A DNA stretch of 58,682 nt from IMG/VR virus record IMGVR_UViG_3300026178_000071; one strand, written 5' to 3'. The translations under genes were made by a program, and so were the position numbers. Every line of letters starts with the position of its first letter. Positions within the stretch are counted from its first letter, which is position 1. Shown here in pieces: positions 44,405 through 52,285 of this stretch. The notes below the pieces were generated by a model. The model was given only the letters and a program-made list of their open reading frames with translations. It was not told where the DNA came from and did not search any database. This DNA comes from a virus.

Positions 44405-44662
44405 TCAGACCACCTTGCTCTTGGGCTTGACCGGCTTGGGTGCTGGCTTCTCGCTGAACCCCACGTCCTCCGGCTCCTCGTCGTATTCGTACCGGCTCAA
44501 TTCCTTGAAGGCTACCGCGCCCCCGTTGGCAGCACCCACTTGCACCCGGCCCAACGAGTCAAACCCCTCGGCCATGCGTGCATTGACCTGTACTTCGAGT
44601 GCGGCCAGCGCGTGCGTGACGGTCGGCCCGGTTGCTATCTCAATCTTGTACGTTATCTTCAT
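44405..44662 (-). CDS. Small alpha/beta protein, DUF1737-like (85 aa)
   Basis: ATG 44662 (MKITYKIEIATGPTVTHALAALEVQVNARMAEGFDSLG). The upstream part of the track ORF is Arg/Ser-rich and unlikely to be coding. Confidence 0.4.
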   Translation of the reverse strand: MKITYKIEIATGPTVTHALAALEVQVNARMAEGFDSLGRVQVGAANGGAVAFKELSRYEYDEEPEDVGFSEKPAPKPVKPKSKVV

Positions 44663-44771
44663 CGCTTCCCCTGTCTCACTTTGCGCTTGATGCTCCGGCG
44701 CTTGGTTGTCTTGCAGTTGTCCTTGCTCGGCTTGGCCGTAGTCCCGCTCACCCAACCAACCTCCCGAATTG

Positions 44772-44795
44772 CGGGGGGAGGACACGCTCCCCCCG
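44772..44795 (-). other. 9-bp GC hairpin 7 nt after the stop of the 44802-45065 gene
   Basis: cggggggag gacacg ctccccccg, read directly; no U-tract. Confidence 0.3.
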
Positions 44796-44801
44796 GTCCT
44801 G

Positions 44802-45065
44802 CTACGCTGCGTCCGGCTGTCCGCCGAACTCTGCGAAGTGCCCGCCCATCGTGCCGTCACTGTCCACGTTCGCCATGCTCACCGCATGGAACGTCACCCT
44901 GAGAACGCCACGCCTGCGGCCACCTTCGAGCACGCCCGCCTGCGCAGCGACCCGCTCGGCCACGTTGACATTGGCGATTACCAACTGACCATTCACGAAA
45001 CGAAGGCTCCCGATCTCGGAGAACTCTACGTCTGCCTTGTCATGTACCTCGATTGCAGTTGCCAT
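44802..45065 (-). CDS. Hypothetical protein (87 aa)
   Basis: ORF track; first gene after the portal. Confidence 0.45.
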   Translation of the reverse strand: MATAIEVHDKADVEFSEIGSLRFVNGQLVIANVNVAERVAAQAGVLEGGRRRGVLRVTFHAVSMANVDSDGTMGGHFAEFGGQPDAA

Positions 45066-45123
45066 ATACCTGACTCCTTTCGATTGTTCGTATCACCATG
45101 CGCCGCGTGTCTCAGCGCGTCGG

Positions 45124-47172
45124 CTACATCATTCCCGGCATCATCTGCTCAGGCTCCCCCGCGAGTTCGTCAAGCTCAGGGATTACCGGCCCCTGTCCTG
45201 ATAACGCCTGCATATCGGCGGGATTCACCCCATCAGGCGGCATCGTTTCGGGTGCAGGAACTTGCCCGCCTTGTCCACCTGCTGCGCCCGCTTGCAACAT
45301 CGCCAGTAGTTGCGCGATTAGCTCAGGAGGCAAACCCTCTGCACCTGTCGGCATCTGTTGAGGATTTGTAGCCCCTTGCGAAGCAGGCATCGGCCCCCCT
45401 TGCGGAGCACCTTGCGGCATACCACCCGCTCCGCCCATCATCGCTTGCATCATTGCCGGGTCGGGTTGTCCTGGTTGTCCTGGCATCGGTTGTCCTGGCT
45501 GTCCCGGCTGTTGCTCCGGCTCATTTCCCAAATCGGGAACAATCGGACCTTCGGGAGTCTGCTTCCAACCCTCGGGTAGCTTCAACTTGCGCGGCACATA
45601 CCCTCGTGCAACGGCCAGCTTCGCGGCTTCCAAGGGTGCGAGTTGTTCTACGATCTGTTCGATGTGAATCCGCTCTTGCTCGCTCGTGTCGTCCTCGACC
45701 AGCTTGTACCGGCTGCGTGCTGTCCGCTTGGAGAGTAGGCCCGCCTGCGTTGACTCGATTGCCATGCGGAGGTTGCTGGCTTCGTCGGCTGGCATCGGGT
45801 CGCCAAGCTCTACCTTGCATTGCCAGTCATCCCCGACATTCGCCAGTTTGAACGCCACCTGTCGCTTGGCCCGGCGCTTGCGCTTGCCCGCGTTGTCATC
45901 CTCGGCGGTTTCACCCTGTGCCACAACCAGGGGGATAGCGTCACCGATGAGGGGTTCCAGCTTGCGCTTGCCGATGATCGCAACCAACCGGAAGATGGAC
46001 TCGAAGCAGGACTCAATGGCGTGCCAGATAGGTTTGAGTGCGCGCCGTCCGGCCTGCGTTTGCAAGTTGATCGCATACCCGGCCATGTTCTCCGCACCCT
46101 GTCCGTACAGCGCAAAGGGGAAGGTGGCTTGCTGTAGCTGCTGCTGCATACGGTCGCCCGCCTGGAAGAAGTCAGCGGGGAGGGGTGCCCGTTGGAGAGG
46201 CTGCACGGCGTCACCCTTGGCGAGAAAGTTCACGGCTCCGGGCGTAGTGTCAAGTTCCTTGCTGCCATCGAGAGGGAAGGAATCACTGAACACATTCCAA
46301 GCCGATGTGACCGCGGCCCAACCACCCGTGAGAAGAATCGAATACCATGTGTCAAGGTTCCGGCAGGTCGGCGCAATCGAACGCATGAGGGGTTGATACC
46401 TGGCCTTCTTGCGCGGGATAACCCGGCCCACGCCCACGGCGTAGGGAATGACGCCATACCCATGAGCGCGCACGAGTTGCCCGGCTACGGGGACCGGCTC
46501 GGCGGCTGCGTAGTAGGCAACGTGCGTCCGCGTCCAAACCTCGGTCCAGTCCACGTCAAGATCATCGGGCCACTTGTCCACGTCAGACAGCGCACCGGGG
46601 TAGAGGCTGCGAATCTCGCTTGCCGGTCTCTCGAACCGCTCCGCCATGAACGACAACCCACCCGCGTCGATCTCCCACACGCAGAACCGGGGGTCACGCA
46701 CGAGAATCACAATCGGCAGGCCCGACACGGCGAAGGTGTCACTGTTGTCCTGCTTCGTCAGCGACTTGTCGTAGAACAGCACCTTGGCGATTGCCACCGC
46801 GCGTTGGGTCGCAAGGTACGCCAGTTCACCGATGGTATTCTGCTTCAGGGTCTCATCGTTGGCACGGAGGAGGGCTTGCAAGTACTCCTCTTGCTCGTCG
46901 GCTTCCCGTTCGGCGGCTTCGTTCTCTGCGCGCAAGGGTACTTCGATGGTAAGTTCCTGCTGGCTGGCAAGGTCCACGACCAGATCGACCGTGTTGGTAA
47001 AGTGGGAGGCGCGCACAAGCTTGACACCGGGCGGGGGGTCTATCGGTTCGTCGGCGTCGTACATCTCGTCAAGCTCGTCGTACATGCCGTTGCGTGCGGA
47101 GGCTGCGTCGAACAGCACCTCAGCCTTCTCCCAAAGTTCTTCAATGTCCGGTTTGGCTATCTTCTTGCTCAT
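45124..47172 (-). CDS. Portal protein with Gly/Pro/Gln/Met-rich C-terminal tail
   Basis: 682 aa. Its ATG overlaps the terL stop (ATGA). The call rests on canonical position and size. The tail reads QPGQPGQPMPGQPGQPDPAMMQAMMGGAGGMPQG... Confidence 0.65.
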   Translation of the reverse strand: MSKKIAKPDIEELWEKAEVLFDAASARNGMYDELDEMYDADEPIDPPPGVKLVRASHFTNTVDLVVDLASQQELTIEVPLRAENEAAEREADEQEEYLQALLRANDETLKQNTIGELAYLATQRAVAIAKVLFYDKSLTKQDNSDTFAVSGLPIVILVRDPRFCVWEIDAGGLSFMAERFERPASEIRSLYPGALSDVDKWPDDLDVDWTEVWTRTHVAYYAAAEPVPVAGQLVRAHGYGVIPYAVGVGRVIPRKKARYQPLMRSIAPTCRNLDTWYSILLTGGWAAVTSAWNVFSDSFPLDGSKELDTTPGAVNFLAKGDAVQPLQRAPLPADFFQAGDRMQQQLQQATFPFALYGQGAENMAGYAINLQTQAGRRALKPIWHAIESCFESIFRLVAIIGKRKLEPLIGDAIPLVVAQGETAEDDNAGKRKRRAKRQVAFKLANVGDDWQCKVELGDPMPADEASNLRMAIESTQAGLLSKRTARSRYKLVEDDTSEQERIHIEQIVEQLAPLEAAKLAVARGYVPRKLKLPEGWKQTPEGPIVPDLGNEPEQQPGQPGQPMPGQPGQPDPAMMQAMMGGAGGMPQGAPQGGPMPASQGATNPQQMPTGAEGLPPELIAQLLAMLQAGAAGGQGGQVPAPETMPPDGVNPADMQALSGQGPVIPELDELAGEPEQMMPGMM

Positions 47173-48506
47173 CGGCTCACCTTTGCGAACGGGTCAACCC
47201 CGTGGCTGCGTTTGCGTTCGGGTCGGAGAAACTTGACGCCCGTCTCTGTCCGTACCATCTTCACCCCCTCGGCTGGCTTCTGCTTGTCGAACGGGTCGCC
47301 TGGGGAGGGTATCGGCGCGGGTAGTGCGCTGCTGGCTCCGCTCCACGCCATAGCAAGCGCCATCACCGTGTCGTCGTGTCCACCCGGGGGAGCGGCATAG
47401 CGAAACGCACCGGACGGCAGACGGGTAGAGGTAAAGGCTAGAAGCTCGTCGGTCTGCACCGGGTCCGGCAGCACGGTGATGCTCTCCGTCTCGAACGCAA
47501 GCGCCAGGTCCTCGATTGCGCGGGTCTTGCTCGCAGGCGTGGTAAGAAACGGCTGCACCCTGATTCCGTCATCGCGCAATTGCTCGATGAGCGGGTCGCC
47601 TATCGAGTTGGCTTCCGCGATCACCCAGGCACCGGGGAACCGGGAGAGGAGGGCTTTGAGTCTGCCCAATTGAAAGCGATAGTCGATCTGGTTAAAGCGG
47701 TCCATGTACACCTGCGAGCGGGTCCCCATATCGAGCACAGACAATACGGTGAAGTCCTCTGCCTTGGCCCAATCCACGCCCACGATGCAGCGTTTGCCGT
47801 CCTCCATGCGCTCTACTGGCGTGCCAATAGCGCACCGATACACGTTACGAAACACCGCGCCCGCGTCGTCAATGAACTCGGCCAGGAACTCTTGTGCAAA
47901 GACCCGCTCCGGCAGGCTCTTACGAGCGGCTTCGATCTCGTCGGGGGGAATGTAGGGATTGGCTACGGTCGGCATTTTCCAGGCTCGCCACCCGTCTACT
48001 TGGTCCCGCCCCTGCGTGAACAACGACCAGAAGAAGTTATGACCGCGCGGCGTAGACATGAACCACGCCCCGCCCCGCAGGTCGGCAAGCGTAGGACGAA
48101 TCACGTTCAACCATGCGGCTTCCAGGTTGGGCGACATCGCCGCCTCGTCAACGATCACCGTCTTGAACTTGCGACCGCGCGCCGTGTCAGGATTATCCAG
48201 GCTGAACATATCGACCGTGCCCCCGCCAAGCAACTCGATGCGATGTTCGTCTGCCCGCGCGGCCCGTATGACCGGCTGCACGACCTCGCGCACCATGCGC
48301 CAAGCGTCGGACAACATGCGATAGGTCGGGCTGAACCATGCGACCGGCTGACCATGTAAGGCGTCCTCTATCAGCAGGTCTACGCCAAGCCAGGACTTGC
48401 CCCACCTACGACCGCACGCCAACACGTTGAACCGTCCTGCCTCATCAACTACCTGACGCTGCGCCGGGTGTCTCGCCGGTATGGTCAGGGTAAGGGACTT
48501 CGACAT
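47169..48506 (-). CDS. terL: Terminase large subunit
   Basis: Walker A VLACGRRWGKS, Walker B KTVIVDEAA, C-terminal nuclease-like half. It lies upstream of the portal. Confidence 0.85.
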   Translation of the reverse strand: MSKSLTLTIPARHPAQRQVVDEAGRFNVLACGRRWGKSWLGVDLLIEDALHGQPVAWFSPTYRMLSDAWRMVREVVQPVIRAARADEHRIELLGGGTVDMFSLDNPDTARGRKFKTVIVDEAAMSPNLEAAWLNVIRPTLADLRGGAWFMSTPRGHNFFWSLFTQGRDQVDGWRAWKMPTVANPYIPPDEIEAARKSLPERVFAQEFLAEFIDDAGAVFRNVYRCAIGTPVERMEDGKRCIVGVDWAKAEDFTVLSVLDMGTRSQVYMDRFNQIDYRFQLGRLKALLSRFPGAWVIAEANSIGDPLIEQLRDDGIRVQPFLTTPASKTRAIEDLALAFETESITVLPDPVQTDELLAFTSTRLPSGAFRYAAPPGGHDDTVMALAMAWSGASSALPAPIPSPGDPFDKQKPAEGVKMVRTETGVKFLRPERKRSHGVDPFAKVSR

Positions 48507-48792
48507 GCCGTATCACGATCTCCAATGCGCCACCGTCAACCCCGCCAAGCTCCTGCTTGTCTGGCACCTTGCCCAAGAGTCGGTTGAACGTGAAGTCAGT
48601 CGCCCACGGGTCGGCGCGCTCTAGCTTGCGCTTCATGGCCGCGGCCCACCTGTCGAGCGTGCCATTCGAGATGACCTTGCTAAGCGAACTGGTCAGCTTC
48701 TCGATGTCGTCCTGCGATGGACGACCGCCACCGTTGCCTACTGCGACCTTATTACCAGGGAGAAAGCGCCCCCTCTCATCACGTTCTGCCAT
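48445..48792 (-). CDS. Terminase small subunit (putative)
   Basis: The N-terminus ERGRFLPGNKVAVGNGGGRP is typical of small terminase-like proteins. It sits directly upstream of terL and overlaps it by 62 nt. Confidence 0.5.
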   Translation of the reverse strand: MAERDERGRFLPGNKVAVGNGGGRPSQDDIEKLTSSLSKVISNGTLDRWAAAMKRKLERADPWATDFTFNRLLGKVPDKQELGGVDGGALEIVIRHVEVPYPDHTGETPGAASGS

Positions 48793-48808
48793 CGTGTTTC
48801 CTCGGAGA

Positions 48809-48979
48809 TTACCGTTTGATCTCGACTTTGATTACCCCCTCGTCCTGCTTGACCTGCATCAGCCACGCAGCTTCAGCCACGCAGCCTTCAGGCAGGTCGA
48901 GCACGACTCGGAGACCTCCATCAGCCAGCGTTCGCACTTGCGACACGATGGCATCGAAGGTGATCGACTTATCAGCCAT
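48809..48979 (-). CDS. Small ORF (56 aa)
   Basis: Not in the ORF track. MADKSITFDAIVSQVRTLADGGLRVVLDLPEGCVAEAAWLMQVKQDEGVIKVEIKR. Its ATG overlaps the upstream stop by 1 nt. Confidence 0.4.
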   Translation of the reverse strand: MADKSITFDAIVSQVRTLADGGLRVVLDLPEGCVAEAAWLMQVKQDEGVIKVEIKR

Positions 48980-49218
48980 CAGCCGCCCAGGAGGAACCGG
49001 CGCACCTTGCCCGGTTTGGGCTGCGCATACGCTGACTCGAAGCCAGCGCGCACGTCCTCGCGCGGTGCGTACAGTTCGACCAGCTTAGCCACAAAGCCAA
49101 GCACGATCACGACGAGCGACACCCACGGTTGACCAGCGAAGTAATCACCACTCAACCACTGAATCAACAGCGGAATGAGAGCGAGAACCGCGGTCCAAAC
49201 GAAACCAGGAATCTGCAT
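48979..49218 (-). CDS. Small two-TM membrane protein (holin-like topology), first gene of the late block
   Basis: ATG 49218 follows AGGAGG. MQIPGFVWTAVLALIPLLIQWL...PWVSLVVIVLGFVAKLV. The rest of track ORF 48979..49569 lies upstream of the regulatory motifs and is not coding. Confidence 0.45.
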   Translation of the reverse strand: MQIPGFVWTAVLALIPLLIQWLSGDYFAGQPWVSLVVIVLGFVAKLVELYAPREDVRAGFESAYAQPKPGKVRRFLLGG

Positions 49219-49251
49219 AGCTACCTCCTGAGCATGAGTGTACGCGTCCCA

Positions 49252-49273
49252 TGTTGCAGCAATTACACCCAAA
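49252..49273 (-). promoter_or_regulatory. 22-nt motif tgttgcagcaattacacccaaa, copy 2 of 2
   Basis: Exact copy of 27953-27974, 34 nt upstream of ATG 49218. On the minus strand, TACACT follows 14 nt after TTGCTG. Confidence 0.4.
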
Positions 49274-49277
49274 CCAA

Positions 49278-49365
49278 CCTCACCGAAATACCTCACCGAA
49301 ACGCGCACACCCTCCACGTGCCCCACGTGAGACCCCGCGCATTTTGGTGAGGCATTTTGGTGAGG
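49278..49365. promoter_or_regulatory. Operator-like array: 2+2 inverted copies of an 11-12-nt motif with 13-nt spacing
   Basis: cctcaccgaaa at 49278-49288 and 49291-49301. attttggtgagg at 49341-49352 and 49354-49365. ccacgtg x2 lies near the centre (49314-49329). Confidence 0.5.
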
Positions 49366-49416
49366 CAAGGAGTAACGAGTATTGGCAATTGGAACGAGTT
49401 GTGTAAGATTGCTTAC

Positions 49417-49445
49417 TTGACAGATGATACCAACGGGCGTACAAT
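49417..49445 (+). promoter_or_regulatory. Sigma70-type promoter TTGACA - 17 nt - TACAAT for the rightward module
   Basis: -35 at 49417-49422 and -10 at 49440-49445. Confidence 0.65.
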
Positions 49446-49684
49446 GGCTCTGCCATTGGCGAACGGCCAAGGGCAAGGCCAACAAACACGGAGGGAGAAC
49501 ATCAAGGGACAGCACACACGGCAACCGAATATCAGGACGAAAGGGCCACCACAGTGGCGACACTCTCACTCCCTAGAACTGAGAGCACACGGGAAAGATG
49601 AACCCGCCAAGCGTAACGGTAGTCTGCTGGTGATGCGCCAGTACCGACGATGCCCCATCGCAGGGGCGAAACTACCGGGAGGAC

Positions 49685-49894
49685 ATGATGCTACTTGTAA
49701 TGCTTCACGATCTGGCCGACATTGACCACCCATTCGGGCGAACGATACGCTTCGAGAGCGACGACATCAGCATCGCAGCGCAAGCAATTTCTGACGCATA
49801 CGGAGAGCCTGTCGAGGAAATCGAAGCGCAACTCAGGGGCAATCTGCACAACAACGGCGATCTCGTCCCACTGACTACCGCCGTCGAGGTATAG
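49685..49894 (+). CDS. Hypothetical protein (69 aa)
   Basis: GGGAGG SD; followed by a hairpin. Confidence 0.45.
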   Translation: MMLLVMLHDLADIDHPFGRTIRFESDDISIAAQAISDAYGEPVEEIEAQLRGNLHNNGDLVPLTTAVEV

Positions 49895-49899
49895 CCGAA

Positions 49900-49919
49900 A
49901 CTCCCCCGCTTGGGGGAGT
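49900..49919 (+). terminator. Perfect 8-bp hairpin actccccc-gctt-gggggagt
   Basis: Read directly, 6 nt after the stop. The loop is a tetraloop and there is no U-tract. Confidence 0.35.
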
Positions 49920-49982
49920 CTGACCGGGGTTGACGACCCGGCACCGAATGAGGCACGTCACATACCACAAGGGAGGAACACC

Positions 49983-51371
49983 GTGAGAGAATCATACGAG
50001 TCCATCAAGGAAATGGCGAAGTCGAAGGGCGTCAAGGCCACCGATCTACTGGCGCTGGCCCCCAAGAATGACCCCTTCTACGTAGGGGCGCCTGCGTCAG
50101 TCCAACAGGCGCAATGGTTCGCTGAGTTGTGGCAGCGGTTCAACTTCTCGAACGGCGTGCACTTGCGCCGTGTCCACTACCAGTTGGTGAGCCAGCCCGA
50201 CCCACGCATGGCGGACGGTCGGCCCTACGAGAACACTGAGGGTTGTTGGGACTACATCTGTAGCGCGGGCAAGTACGCCCGCATCTTGGGACTGGTCCCT
50301 GCTGATGCGTTCGTGGACCGGCGCAACCCCGACCCGCACTTGTTCGTGAACGACAACGACGACGAGCAGGAACCGCAAGCTTCAGTGTACGAGCCTTGGT
50401 TCTCTGTCCCACAGATCAACACGGACCTTGGCGAGTGGTTGAGTTGGGAGATCGGTTCCCCCAACATCAGCGGCTACGAGTACAGACCCTCAGACCAGCC
50501 CTACCACGTTGAGTTGTGGATTGAGAAGTCCACGATGGACGATGTGCTCTTGCCCCTGGGTGAAGAACTTGGGGTGAACGTGTGCACCAGCCTGGGATTC
50601 CAGAGCATCACGTCTGTGATTGACATGCTCAAGCGCATCGCCAACCGGGGCAAGCCCGCTCGCATCTTGTACATCTCAGATTTTGACCCGGCAGGCGATG
50701 GTATGCCGGTCGGCGTGGCACGCCAGATTGAGTTCTGGTTGGAGGAGTTCGCCTGGAGCGCAGACATTGCGCTCGAACCCATCGCCTTGACGGGTGAGCA
50801 GGTCCGGCGCTGGCGCTTGCCCCGTATCCCCATCAAGGAGAGTGACAAGCGAGCCGGTAGGTTTGAGGCGCTGTATGGTGAGGGTGCGGTTGAGTTGGAC
50901 GCCCTCGAAGCCTTGCACCCCGGCGTGCTGGCCGACATTGTACGGCAAGCGGTTGAACCCTTGCGGGATGAGCGGCTAGAGCGGAAGCTCAGCGATGCGT
51001 ACTACAAAGCGCGGGACATGGCGCGCAATCAATGGCGCATGTACGCAAACGAGGAAGCGAAAGCCTTGGCCGAACTCAGCCAGGAAGCACGGAACATTCT
51101 CGACACGTACAAGGAACGGCTGCAAGCCTTGGCCGACGAACTCAACAAGGAAATGGCCCCGATTGTCGAGCGGTTGGAGGAACAGAAAGTAGCCTTGTCC
51201 GAGAAGATTCGGACGTTCGACCCCGAACTTCCTGACCGACCGGAGGGTGAGGCGGAGGGCGTGGAGACCTGGGACTGGCTGTTTGATTCGTGCCGGTCAT
51301 ACGAGGAACAGATCAACCACTACCGGGCGAGGAAAGGCAAGGTGAGTATCGAGGAACTGGTAGAGGCATAG
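49983..51371 (+). CDS. Topo VI-A/Spo11-like protein (winged-helix Tyr region plus Toprim) with C-terminal coiled coil
   Basis: HLRRVHYQLVS is a candidate 5Y-CAP Tyr region. The Toprim Glu is in VELWIEKST, and the Toprim acidic box is in LGFQSITSV...ARILYISDFDPAGDGMP. GTG start after AAGGGAGGA. Confidence 0.5.
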   Translation: MRESYESIKEMAKSKGVKATDLLALAPKNDPFYVGAPASVQQAQWFAELWQRFNFSNGVHLRRVHYQLVSQPDPRMADGRPYENTEGCWDYICSAGKYARILGLVPADAFVDRRNPDPHLFVNDNDDEQEPQASVYEPWFSVPQINTDLGEWLSWEIGSPNISGYEYRPSDQPYHVELWIEKSTMDDVLLPLGEELGVNVCTSLGFQSITSVIDMLKRIANRGKPARILYISDFDPAGDGMPVGVARQIEFWLEEFAWSADIALEPIALTGEQVRRWRLPRIPIKESDKRAGRFEALYGEGAVELDALEALHPGVLADIVRQAVEPLRDERLERKLSDAYYKARDMARNQWRMYANEEAKALAELSQEARNILDTYKERLQALADELNKEMAPIVERLEEQKVALSEKIRTFDPELPDRPEGEAEGVETWDWLFDSCRSYEEQINHYRARKGKVSIEELVEA

Positions 51372-51378
51372 GCCCAAA

Positions 51379-51398
51379 GGGAGGGAGCAATCCCTCCC
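51379..51398 (+). other. Perfect 8-bp hairpin gggaggga-gcaa-tccctccc
   Basis: Read directly, 8 nt after the stop of the Toprim gene. Confidence 0.35.
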
Positions 51399-51482
51399 GC
51401 TGTAATGCGGGAAGTCCGGCAGCGCAACCCCGGCGGCAGACGCAGAGCGCAGCACATACCACACACAAGGGAGGATTACACC

Positions 51483-51767
51483 ATGTACGTAGTGATAAAT
51501 AAAGTTCAGGGAATCGAACTCAACGGCAACACCCTCAGCGGAAACACCTTCCCGGCCAAGGACTACATCAAGGCTTACCTGGGGGGCAAGTGGAACGCCA
51601 GCAGCAAAACTTGGACCGTTGACGCCGACAAGGTTGCCCGCTGGCTGAACAACACATCCAATTTCTCGGCCGATAATAACCCGCCTACTCCGAAGTCGGC
51701 AGTAGCAGGCATCGGCGGTTGGTGCTCCAAGTGCCACGACTGGACTTACGGCGATTGCGGTCACTAA
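51483..51767 (+). CDS. Small protein with KxW (DUF5710/DUF3560-like) module and C-terminal Cys/His cluster
   Basis: MYVVINKVQGIELNGNTLSGNTFPAKDYIKAYLGGKWNASSKTWTV ... CSKCHDWTYGDCGH. AAGGGAGGA SD. Confidence 0.45.
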   Translation: MYVVINKVQGIELNGNTLSGNTFPAKDYIKAYLGGKWNASSKTWTVDADKVARWLNNTSNFSADNNPPTPKSAVAGIGGWCSKCHDWTYGDCGH

Positions 51768-51779
51768 GCGACACGCCCC

Positions 51780-51804
51780 GCCGGGTGGGGGGTGAAACCC
51801 GGCA
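51780..51804 (+). repeat. Repeated stem-loop element, copy 1: gccgggt-G6-tgaa-acccggc
   Basis: The same element with a G8 run lies at 54129-54155. Both are followed by ..gacagcATGaa. Confidence 0.7.
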
Positions 51805-51817
51805 GGAGAGAGACAGC

Positions 51818-51994
51818 ATGAAACCGAACGAGCAGACCAAGGTCAAACGCCCGTGCGCCGTATGTGGGGAGTCCCAACACCGTAAAAGGGTGTGGGAGAA
51901 GTGGCATAGCAAGGTGCTCTGCTACGCTTGCGCGAGCAAGGGCTGGACATTCGATGCGGACGGCAACACCAAACAAAGGGAAAGGAGAGTGTAA
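51818..51994 (+). CDS. Small zinc-ribbon protein (58 aa)
   Basis: MKPNEQTKVKRPCAVCGES...CYACASKG. Confidence 0.4.
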   Translation: MKPNEQTKVKRPCAVCGESQHRKRVWEKWHSKVLCYACASKGWTFDADGNTKQRERRV

Positions 51995-51996
51995 CT

Positions 51997-52285
51997 ATGG
52001 CGATGACGATACGTTGCCGTAAACGAGACCAAAGCTCTGCGAGAACTCGCCGCCCGCCTGGGGTACATCGCCAGGGACGGGCGCTTTGCTGGCGAGGGCA
52101 GCATCAACAAGATGATGCAGGCGATTGCGCGGGGGGAGTTGCACGTAACGCAGAATGACGGCGAGCCGACCGTCTACAGCTACGCCCCGCATGGTGCGGT
52201 GGCCTACGATGTTGACACGCCCGAAGGCGCAGCCGCGGCGCACCGGGCGGATATGATGCGGGTCGCAGACCCGAACGAGTACTAG
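51997..52285 (+). pseudogene. Frameshifted paralogue of the RHH-like gene at 54334-54651
   Basis: The first 17 nt (ATGGCGATGACGATACG) match the paralogue. After codon 5 the homologous frame (VAVNETKALRELAARLGYIARDGRFAGEGSINKMMQAIARGEL...) is +1 relative to the ATG. The ATG frame gives Arg-rich nonsense. Confidence 0.5.

Noticed and set aside
48445-48506. The 62-nt TerS/TerL overlap as a programmed frameshift site
   Set aside because: I saw no slippery heptamer or downstream structure. Ordinary overlapping genes or a slightly later TerL start explain it.
48979-49569. Full 196-aa version of the first late ORF
   Set aside because: The N-terminal 117 codons run through the 22-nt motif, the operator array and the divergent promoter. 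Only the last 79 codons, from ATG 49218 with an AGGAGG SD, look like a real two-TM protein.
49357-49725. 122-aa plus-strand ORF in the control region
   Set aside because: Its TTG start lies inside the operator-like repeat, and its only internal ATG sits in the -10 box of the promoter. The product is Arg/Gln/Gly-rich and it overlaps the SD-equipped gene at 49685.
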